Shown: one piece after another, positions 1 to 5,987 of the stretch
Position numbering within the stretch: position 1 is the stretch's first letter
Layout: each line of letters begins with the position of its first letter
Source of the DNA: Candidatus Zixiibacteriota bacterium
Lineage (GTDB): Bacteria; Zixibacteria; MSB-5A5; UBA10806; 4484-95
Reading direction: 5' to 3'
DNA length: 10,385 nt
Assembly: GCA_029932605.1 (NCBI GenBank)
Contig: JAOZPT010000070.1
Location: forward strand, 1 to 10,385
Notes under the pieces: generated by a model
Databases searched by the model: none
Seen by the model: the letters and a program-made list of their open reading frames with translations, nothing else
What the model was told of the DNA's origin: nothing
Translations under genes and position numbers: made by a program

Positions 1-1
1 T

Positions 2-61
2 GGTATCCTTCTGGGAGGATTATTGTTCTGTGCCTTCAGAGCCGGAAAAAAGAGAAGTTAA
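2..61 (+). CDS. C-terminal fragment of a gene entering from the left; hydrophobic segment plus basic tail (possible membrane anchor or sorting signal)
   Basis: Frame 2 reads GILLGGLLFCAFRAGKKRS then TAA at 59-61; only 19 codons visible. Confidence 0.45.
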   Translation, partial: GILLGGLLFCAFRAGKKRS

Positions 62-118
62 CGTAATATGTATTCATTCCTCATCTTACATCCAAATAAT
101 CATAAAGGCCTAAAAAAA

Positions 119-1054
119 CTACAATCCATGGATAAGATTCCATAACACCTTGTTAGGCAAAGTCCTTAAAGCATTAATAGGTTTTTGTAAATAAACATTC
201 CATAATTTTTGATATTTTTTAAAGATATCATAACCCGATATAGCGTACATAACATCCAGCTGGTTAATATGTAATCTATGATACGGTATGGTTGCCGGAT
301 TTTTCATACCCTTGGATATATGGTATAATGACCAATAACCGATATCAAACCTCGGTAGGCACTCGATCAGTGTATAAAATCCCTCATCATATAATGACTT
401 GGCCTTGCTATTTTCGTTTAATCTTATAAGGTCATACAAACCCCATAATGCAAAAATAAATCCATTTAATACATGGTATCTTCCTTTAGAGGGATACTCA
501 TCATAAAATATATAACCTTCATCAATGCTTGCAACTCCCCCCTCCCCAACAGATTTTTGATAAGGCTCTAAGGCTTTAATAGCACAGTCAATATACTTTT
601 CATCGCCAATAACTTTAAAAGCCCGGACTAAGCACGAGATAGCTAACCCCTGCACCATAGCCGAAGGCCATGGTTTAAATAAATCGAATTTTTTTACCTT
701 ACTACTTGTTAACCATGCTCCTCTTTCATTTTGATTTGACACAAACCAATCGACCATCATTTTAAATATTGACAAGTTTTCGTCAGTTGCATTGCAACGG
801 TATAACTCAAGATGACCAAGAGCATACATACTTATAAAAACGGGGGAATAGATACATTTCCCCTTAATCTTATAAAGCGGTATACCAGAAGTATCAAAAG
901 GACCAAAATAATCAGCCTTTTTGGCCTGGTTAAAATAATATGGTAGAATATCATCTGGATCATAAGATTTCAGAGCCGGTAAATGGGAATAGCTTTTTGA
1001 CCTAATCCCCACGTATTCCATCAAATTATATATTTTATCTTTTAAAATAGTCAT
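119..1054 (-). CDS. D-glucuronyl C5-epimerase family protein
   Basis: Motifs WPSAMVQGLAISCLVRA, YDEYPS, HVLNGFIFALWGLYDL, LPRFDIGYWSLY and YHRLHINQL match the GLCE C-terminal domain (SAMAQG, YEEYP, VLNGFMYSLIGLYDL, YHTTHINQL). Confidence 0.9.
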   Translation of the reverse strand: MTILKDKIYNLMEYVGIRSKSYSHLPALKSYDPDDILPYYFNQAKKADYFGPFDTSGIPLYKIKGKCIYSPVFISMYALGHLELYRCNATDENLSIFKMMVDWFVSNQNERGAWLTSSKVKKFDLFKPWPSAMVQGLAISCLVRAFKVIGDEKYIDCAIKALEPYQKSVGEGGVASIDEGYIFYDEYPSKGRYHVLNGFIFALWGLYDLIRLNENSKAKSLYDEGFYTLIECLPRFDIGYWSLYHISKGMKNPATIPYHRLHINQLDVMYAISGYDIFKKYQKLWNVYLQKPINALRTLPNKVLWNLIHGL

Positions 1055-1137
1055 GAAAATATTACTTTGATATGTAGATTTTTAAGATAATAAAACTCCA
1101 ATTCTATTAATAACCATAAAATCGATACATTACTCAC

Positions 1138-1187
1138 AGCGGGAGACGGGTCTCGAACCCGCGACAAGTCCAGATGGACTGCTCTAC
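1138..1187 (-). pseudogene. Partial tRNA-Gly copy (distal) lacking the 5' 18 nt, anticodon arm replaced
   Basis: Minus strand GTAGAGCA-GTCCATCTGGAC-TTGTCGCGGGTTCGAGACCCGTCTCCCGCT; both flanks are identical to tRNA-Gly at 1770-1842. Confidence 0.9.
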
Positions 1188-1441
1188 ATAATAAAGTCCT
1201 CTTGCCTTAAATCCCTCTTTAAATCGACAGATTCAATACCCTTTAATTCCCTCTCCCGCCTCATCGCCATACACCTCGACTCAAACTCCTCAACATGAAC
1301 CAGACGTAATGGCCTTCTATATTTCGTCGATTTAACTCTACCAGTCTCATGTGCTAATAACCTCTTCTCAAGATTGGATGTCTGACCAATATACAATTTG
1401 CCGTCCTTATCGCTTTTCAATATATATACCCAAAAACCCAT
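1184..1441 (-). CDS. Small GIY-YIG nuclease family protein (UPF0213/YazA-like), copy 2, 85 aa
   Basis: WVYILKS...LYIGQTSNLEKRLLAH...TKYRRP...AMRRERELK with conserved Tyr, Tyr, Gly, Arg, His, Glu. ATG at 1441 preferred because the longer TTG start at 1483 lies in tRNA-derived sequence. Confidence 0.9.
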   Translation of the reverse strand: MGFWVYILKSDKDGKLYIGQTSNLEKRLLAHETGRVKSTKYRRPLRLVHVEEFESRCMAMRRERELKGIESVDLKRDLRQEDFIM

Positions 1442-1453
1442 AAACACTATATA

Positions 1454-1503
1454 AGCGGGAGACGGGTCTCGAACCCGCGACAAGTCCAGATGGACTGCTC
1501 TAC
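1454..1503 (-). pseudogene. Partial tRNA-Gly copy (proximal) lacking the 5' 18 nt, anticodon arm replaced
   Basis: Identical to 1138-1187. Confidence 0.9.
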
Positions 1504-1757
1504 ATAATAAAGTCCTCTTGCCTTAAATCCCTCTTTAAATCGACAGATTCAATACCCTTTAATTCCCTCTCCCGCCTCATCGCCATACACCTCGACTCAA
1601 ACTCCTCAACATGAACCAGACGTAATGGCCTTCTATATTTCGTCGATTTAACTCTACCAGTCTCATGTGCTAATAACCTCTTCTCAAGATTGGATGTCTG
1701 ACCAATATACAATTTGCCGTCCTTATCGCTTTTCAATATATATACCCAAAAACCCAT
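1500..1757 (-). CDS. Small GIY-YIG nuclease family protein, copy 1, 85 aa
   Basis: Identical to 1184-1441; ATG lies 12 nt after the tRNA-Gly discriminator base. Confidence 0.9.
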   Translation of the reverse strand: MGFWVYILKSDKDGKLYIGQTSNLEKRLLAHETGRVKSTKYRRPLRLVHVEEFESRCMAMRRERELKGIESVDLKRDLRQEDFIM

Positions 1758-1769
1758 AAACACTATATA

Positions 1770-1842
1770 AGCGGGAGACGGGTCTCGAACCCGCGACAAG
1801 CAGCTTGGAAGGCTGCTGCTCTACCAACTGAGCTACTCCCGC
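1770..1842 (-). tRNA. glyT: tRNA-Gly, anticodon TCC (CCA not encoded)
   Basis: GCGGGAGTAGCTCAGTTGGTAGAGCAGCAGCCTTCCAAGCTGCTTGTCGCGGGTTCGAGACCCGTCTCCCGCT folds as a cloverleaf: acceptor GCGGGAG/CTCCCGC, anticodon stem GCAGC/GCTGC, loop CTTCCAA, U discriminator. Confidence 0.97.
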
Positions 1843-1854
1843 ATTACGGTTTAC

Positions 1855-1883
1855 ATATTATAGCCAAATCTGTTTTCAGTCAA
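1855..1883 (-). promoter_or_regulatory. Putative sigma70 promoter for tRNA-Gly and the GIY-YIG array
   Basis: TTGACT at 1883-1878; TAATAT at 1860-1855 (17-nt spacer) or overlapping TATAAT at 1862-1857 (15-nt spacer), just upstream of the tRNA 5' end. Confidence 0.6.
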
Positions 1884-1957
1884 GGCTATTTGAGAACCAC
1901 TTTTTAAAGTCTTCACCAACTTTTTCCATAAGCACCGAAATGATTTATAGTTTATAA

Positions 1958-3307
1958 CTATTTAAACCGGTATAGGTTTTCACTTACGATTTCTATTGAA
2001 AGATTTAATTCTCCTGCGAGCACAAGCGTGGTTAAAAATGATGCGAACTCGCACGCATTGGTAATTCCCATAAAACGCATTATCTCTCTGCCCAATGGAG
2101 GAATAGCCCCTTCGGATGATGATATGACACCAGCTTCAATGTTTGGCATTTCTACACCATATACAATATTACTTTTTTCCCTGTAACAGAATATTCTTTG
2201 AGTCGATGAAACTAACGGAGCATGAGGATTAATTTTTAAGGCTTTATAAACCCCAGAGATTATTTCACCGCCCATACCCGTATGGTGAAACCAGCCCAAT
2301 TTCTCAGTTCCTTTTGCATCCATTGCCACAAAACTAACGAACTTGTCTGCTGGTTTACCGGTAAGCTTTTCTATTTCCGAATCGGGGATTGATAATTTTG
2401 CCATACAATATCTACCGCGTTTGTTGCGTGGTGAAGGTTTCAAATCACCATCATAGCCCTGTGTAATCCCGCTCAGTGTAAATTGAATACCTTCTGAATT
2501 CAACTTTTCATCAATAAGTTTCTTTGCCAGACCCGTTGCCTTGCTTATTGCACCATGACCGCGATAGAGTTTAAAATCAGCCGTGAAATCAACATACAGA
2601 TAAAACCTTCCCATATCCTCAACCGGCAAGATTTCCACGAAACTAACTTCAGCTCCCCATTTTGAAAGTATTTCGTTCATCTTAGAACATATTTCCGGGA
2701 AGAACGACTCGATTATTTTCATGGCTTTGTAACGAGTTGAAGAATCATCAAATATATATCCTAAGTTTCGGCAGGCTCTGGAGGTATCCAATACAGTAAC
2801 CTCGGCACCACCATAACGGTTTATAAAATACCCGCCTCGTGTCACACCGATAGGTCCCAATCCGGTACCATACTGTAGAATGCCGATAAATTCTTTTTCG
2901 ATATCTCCTTTAATATTAAAATTTCCACAATAAGAATAATAATCATCAATACCACCGATATAATTAGCTGTTAATGAATATAACTGTTGAGGCTTGGGTG
3001 AAATAAGTTTGTTTCCACATACCGAGCATGTCATGCATCCATCAAATGCAGCAAGTTGATAATCTATGTTGCATTCCTTACACTGATATTTTATAAGGTA
3101 TGGATTTTCAGGCAATAACAAGTATCTGAATTTCTCGCCGCTAATTTTTTCGAGAAAATTTCTACGCACGGTCGCCGCAACATAGTAATTCCCGGGAGGA
3201 AAAAGACCATATTCATCAGCTAAATGACCTTCTATTTTCCATGGAGGAATATCACCGGCCTGGATAAGTGAAACAAGTTTGTCGATGATTACTTTATCAA
3301 AAGACAT
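1958..3307 (-). CDS. Divergent class I HMG-CoA reductase-fold protein with inserted zinc ribbon; canonical catalytic motifs not conserved
   Basis: Colinear similarity to archaeal HMGR as recalled: AATVRRNFLEKISG, ANYIG, GNFNIKG, VTRGGYFINRYGG, DLKP...RGR, VEMPNIEAG, LVLAGELNL. ATG at 3307 follows GGGGAG (3317-3312), so it is preferred to TTG at 3319. Confidence 0.8.
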   Translation of the reverse strand: MSFDKVIIDKLVSLIQAGDIPPWKIEGHLADEYGLFPPGNYYVAATVRRNFLEKISGEKFRYLLLPENPYLIKYQCKECNIDYQLAAFDGCMTCSVCGNKLISPKPQQLYSLTANYIGGIDDYYSYCGNFNIKGDIEKEFIGILQYGTGLGPIGVTRGGYFINRYGGAEVTVLDTSRACRNLGYIFDDSSTRYKAMKIIESFFPEICSKMNEILSKWGAEVSFVEILPVEDMGRFYLYVDFTADFKLYRGHGAISKATGLAKKLIDEKLNSEGIQFTLSGITQGYDGDLKPSPRNKRGRYCMAKLSIPDSEIEKLTGKPADKFVSFVAMDAKGTEKLGWFHHTGMGGEIISGVYKALKINPHAPLVSSTQRIFCYREKSNIVYGVEMPNIEAGVISSSEGAIPPLGREIMRFMGITNACEFASFLTTLVLAGELNLSIEIVSENLYRFK

Positions 3308-3339
3308 AAAACTCCCCAATAATATCGTAATCTTTAAAA

Positions 3340-3368
3340 ATTATAACCTAACTTATATTATAAGTCAA
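3340..3368 (-). promoter_or_regulatory. Near-consensus sigma70 promoter of the HMGR-like gene, with overlapping palindrome at 3351-3365
   Basis: TTGACT (3368-3363), 17 nt, TATAAT (3345-3340); inverted repeat ACTTATA-T-TATAAGT. Confidence 0.75.
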
Positions 3369-3469
3369 TATGGAAAGATATTACCCATAACGAGGAGCAT
3401 GGTAGTAGATATCTGATTTTTTTAAACAATCGATATCGCCGAATAACCACCTTCTAAATAATAAATAAC

Positions 3470-3551
3470 TGGAGGGGGGAGGATTCGAACCTCCGAAGGC
3501 TGAGCCGACAGATTTACAGTCTGTTCCCTTTGGCCGCTCGGGAACCCCTCC
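3470..3551 (-). tRNA. tyrU: tRNA-Tyr, anticodon GTA (CCA not encoded)
   Basis: GGAGGGGTTCCCGAGCGGCCAAAGGGAACAGACTGTAAATCTGTCGGCTCAGCCTTCGGAGGTTCGAATCCTCCCCCCTCCA: acceptor GGAGGGG/CCCCTCC, loop CTGTAAA, variable arm GGCTCAGCC. Confidence 0.97.
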
Positions 3552-3882
3552 TGATAACAGGACATGGCACAGTCGAAGGAATAGATTTTTCCATCTCTTC
3601 CCTACACCATTACATCGGGAAAATAAAAACTATTTAAACATTTTTGGCAAGATAATTTTATTTAAAAAATATACTTCTTTAAATAATACATACAAATATA
3701 TAAACCAAATGAAATATTATAAGCTGTTAATACTTAACGGAAATACAATATATATTCACAATACTAATATAACTAATTTTATTTATTACCTTTCTAAGAT
3801 GGTATTCTATGATTTACCTTAAGATCGATATAGCCCTCCAGATATTTCAGCTACCAGTGTAACTTATTGATAGAAATAAAAA

Positions 3883-3955
3883 AGCCGGAGAACGGACTCG
3901 AACCGCCGACCGGCTGATTACAAATCAGCTGCTCTACCAACTGAGCTACTCCGGC
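3883..3955 (-). tRNA. thrU: tRNA-Thr, anticodon TGT (CCA not encoded)
   Basis: GCCGGAGTAGCTCAGTTGGTAGAGCAGCTGATTTGTAATCAGCCGGTCGGCGGTTCGAGTCCGTTCTCCGGCT: acceptor GCCGGAG/CTCCGGC, anticodon stem GCTGA/TCAGC, loop TTTGTAA. Confidence 0.97.
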
Positions 3956-4056
3956 AATAAAAGCGCTGGCCATGATATGTTTCTCAATTAATTAAGAACA
4001 CATGCATATGTTCTTATATTCTAAAAGAACAATAGCCACCAACGGTGACGATTCTT

Positions 4057-4085
4057 AATATAATATTCGACCTGGTGGCCGTCAA
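4057..4085 (-). promoter_or_regulatory. Putative sigma70 promoter for tRNA-Thr/tRNA-Tyr
   Basis: TTGACG (4085-4080), 17 nt, TATATT (4062-4057), about 100 nt upstream of tRNA-Thr. Confidence 0.65.
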
Positions 4086-4113
4086 GTTGAATAACCTTAT
4101 AACAACAATACAG

Positions 4114-5016
4114 CTAATTTTTCATCGCATAAGTCATGAGCCGATATGCATCACGGTAGCGATGTTTATTCGACGGTGAACCAAGCAGCAAAGCTGTTAT
4201 CTCTCTTCCTGAATCATCAGCCACATCAAGGGCGAGGCAATATCCCGATTGGCTTATGTATCCTGTTTTTCCCCCTTTAATATTCCAATCGCTGTATAGA
4301 AGGCGGTTAGTATTATACAGTGTATGTATGATATTCCTATTTCGTGGCTTAAACTGATACGACTTTTTCGTGGAAATCCCGGCGATAATCTCGTTTTCAA
4401 ACGCTCTCTTTATCAACTTTACATAGTCAATTGCCGTTGACACATTACCCGCCATTAAACCGGTTGGCTCGACAAAGCAGGTTTTTTTCATTCCCAGATC
4501 GGCAGCCAATTTATTCATTAAAAACACAAATTCATCTCCAGAAAGACCGGTTGACCTGGCCAGGGCCCTTGTGGCCACATTATCCGAACACATAAGGCTC
4601 ACATGCAAACAATCATTCAGGGTAATAGCCTCACCCGAACAAAGTTTCGACTTGCCAGAACCGTTTTTGTCCGATTCAGTAATAGTGATAACATTAGAAA
4701 GGTCAGGATTGGTTTCTAAAAACACCAAGGCTGTAGTTAGTTTAGTAAGGCTAGCGATTGGCAATTGATGATTCTGGTTTTTGGCAAAAACAACCTTACC
4801 GGTAGCAGCATCAACAGCAATTGCCGCTTTTGCCTTGAGTTTGACTTTGCCCGGAGTAATTTTACTCCATAACCGTGAAAAAATACCCTCATCATTCTCT
4901 GATAGATAGGAAAATCTGGTTGGTGTATTCTTAGAAAAAATATAATACGAGTATGTAGCCGAAACAAACCATATCAGTATAATGCATACAAGTATCTTAA
5001 TCGTTCCGGTTTTCAT
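4114..5016 (-). CDS. Serine-type D-Ala-D-Ala carboxypeptidase/endopeptidase (peptidase S11, PBP7/PbpG-like)
   Basis: N-terminal hydrophobic anchor; SxxK (PIASLTK), SxN (CSDN) and KTG (GGKTGY) motifs, plus FVEPTGL and NTNRLL; ATGA overlap with the upstream gene. Confidence 0.92.
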   Translation of the reverse strand: MKTGTIKILVCIILIWFVSATYSYYIFSKNTPTRFSYLSENDEGIFSRLWSKITPGKVKLKAKAAIAVDAATGKVVFAKNQNHQLPIASLTKLTTALVFLETNPDLSNVITITESDKNGSGKSKLCSGEAITLNDCLHVSLMCSDNVATRALARSTGLSGDEFVFLMNKLAADLGMKKTCFVEPTGLMAGNVSTAIDYVKLIKRAFENEIIAGISTKKSYQFKPRNRNIIHTLYNTNRLLYSDWNIKGGKTGYISQSGYCLALDVADDSGREITALLLGSPSNKHRYRDAYRLMTYAMKN

Positions 5017-5801
5017 AATTTCAACTGAAGCATTTCCATCATCATCTTTGCATTTTTAACTGCCTGCCCGTGATGGCAGTTGTTAAAGAAAAGATACACT
5101 TTTTCGGTATCCTTTCTCAACTGCTCAATCTTTTTTAACCAATCGGCTAATTCCTCTTTTTTATAACTGTAATTATAACGATCACTTCCTTTACGAGGAT
5201 GCCACCAGTCGATGCTATTGCGACCGTGGAACCGCACATAGCCAACCGAAGTGGTGGCCAAAGCTTTTGGTGGGAATAACCCTTCAAGCCCGGGTTCATC
5301 CACACAACAAAAACCGATATCATTATTGCTCAGAGAGACATAAACCTCCGGTCTGTCCCAACCGACATTCCGGAACTCCATAAAAAGAGGGACATCACCA
5401 AAAATATCCCTGCTGTTAATAACATACTGAAGATTTGATGGAGAAAACCTGAACGACCAGGGAAACTGTGCTAAAAGGCCATGAAAAGTACCCGAATCTT
5501 TTAAGGGCTTAATCGCTTCATTAAGTGCCTTAGCATTTTCTTTTAAATCCTTTCTTTCATGAGTAAAAAAACGGTGGGTTTTAATGATAAACTCGAAATC
5601 CGAAGGCACTTTTTTTGCCATATTGTAAAACACCGCTGCATGGGGAATACGATAGTAGGTTGAATTAATCTCAACCGCCCGGAAATGATCCTTGTAGTAA
5701 TCAAGCATCTTGCCTTTGGGAGTGCCCTCCGGGTAAAAAGGACCAATCCAATCGGGAAACGAATATCCAGATGTCCCCACTATGACATTGGCAAGATTCA
5801 C
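5013..5801 (-). CDS. DUF72 family protein (YecE/YunF-like)
   Basis: VGTSGYSFPDW, VEINSTYYRIP, LAQFPWSF, EFRN, YVRFHGRN, RYNYSY and YLFFNNC are DUF72 signatures; GTG start. Confidence 0.93.
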   Translation of the reverse strand: MNLANVIVGTSGYSFPDWIGPFYPEGTPKGKMLDYYKDHFRAVEINSTYYRIPHAAVFYNMAKKVPSDFEFIIKTHRFFTHERKDLKENAKALNEAIKPLKDSGTFHGLLAQFPWSFRFSPSNLQYVINSRDIFGDVPLFMEFRNVGWDRPEVYVSLSNNDIGFCCVDEPGLEGLFPPKALATTSVGYVRFHGRNSIDWWHPRKGSDRYNYSYKKEELADWLKKIEQLRKDTEKVYLFFNNCHHGQAVKNAKMMMEMLQLKL

Positions 5802-5920
5802 TTTGCCTTCTTCAATTGCTGGAAACGTACAGCACCGCAGTTAGGGCAAACCCATTTACGCTTTTTGTGAAAAGTCCGTTTTAATACTTTCATTGGCTTA
5901 TGGCATTTTCGGCAAATCAT
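5798..5920 (-). CDS. 40-aa basic zinc-ribbon micro-protein (not in the supplied ORF track)
   Basis: MICRKCHKPMKVLKRTFHKKRKWVCPNCGAVRFQQLKKAK*; two CxxC knuckles; its TGA overlaps the DUF72 GTG start (GTGA). Confidence 0.75.
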   Translation of the reverse strand: MICRKCHKPMKVLKRTFHKKRKWVCPNCGAVRFQQLKKAK

Positions 5921-5987
5921 AAAGTTCAGGTTATATCGATATTATAATTTTAGTTCGGTTTCCAAACGATAGGAAAAATCCGATCTT

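Larger units (their letters stand above)
1138..1800. repeat. Perfect tandem repeat, 316-bp period, about 2.1 copies (units 1138-1453 and 1454-1769; last 31 bp are the tRNA-Gly 3' end)
   Basis: agcgggagacgggtctcgaacccgcgacaag starts at 1138, 1454 and 1770; 1138-1484 and 1454-1800 are identical on manual comparison. Confidence 0.95.

Noticed and set aside
1442..1483. 99-aa versions of the GIY-YIG ORFs (MSRVRDPSPAYIVF extension; also 1758-1799)
   Set aside because: The TTG start and extension come from translating the tRNA T-arm and acceptor; the family domain starts at the ATG of MGFWVY.
1454..1503. Functional tRNA or group I intron-split tRNA
   Set aside because: The copy lacks the 5' acceptor and D-stem strands and a 7-nt anticodon loop; the ORF fills the unit, leaving no room for a ribozyme core.
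1138..1800. CRISPR array interpretation of the three 31-bp repeats
   Set aside because: Intervals are 285 bp, identical and protein-coding; the repeat is a tRNA 3' end; no cas genes.
1958..3319. Calling the gene a functional hmgA, or a decayed pseudogene
   Set aside because: Catalytic motifs are missing, yet the frame is intact with promoter and RBS; neither label is supported.
3552..3882. ncRNA or small gene in the Thr-Tyr spacer
   Set aside because: Very AT-rich, with only a weak imperfect hairpin near 3575-3600 and no convincing ORF or tRNA remnant.
3996..4013. LexA box (GAAC...GTTC)
   Set aside because: Half-sites are 10 nt apart rather than the 4 nt of the Gram-positive SOS box.
1121..5942. 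ATCGATA recurring in intergenic regions (near 1121, 3429, 3824, 5935)
   Set aside because: Short AT-rich word with no consistent position relative to promoters; chance cannot be excluded.
5939..5965. Promoter upstream of the micro-protein (TTGGAA...TATAAT)
   Set aside because: Spacer of 13-15 nt is too short and the -35 is weak.
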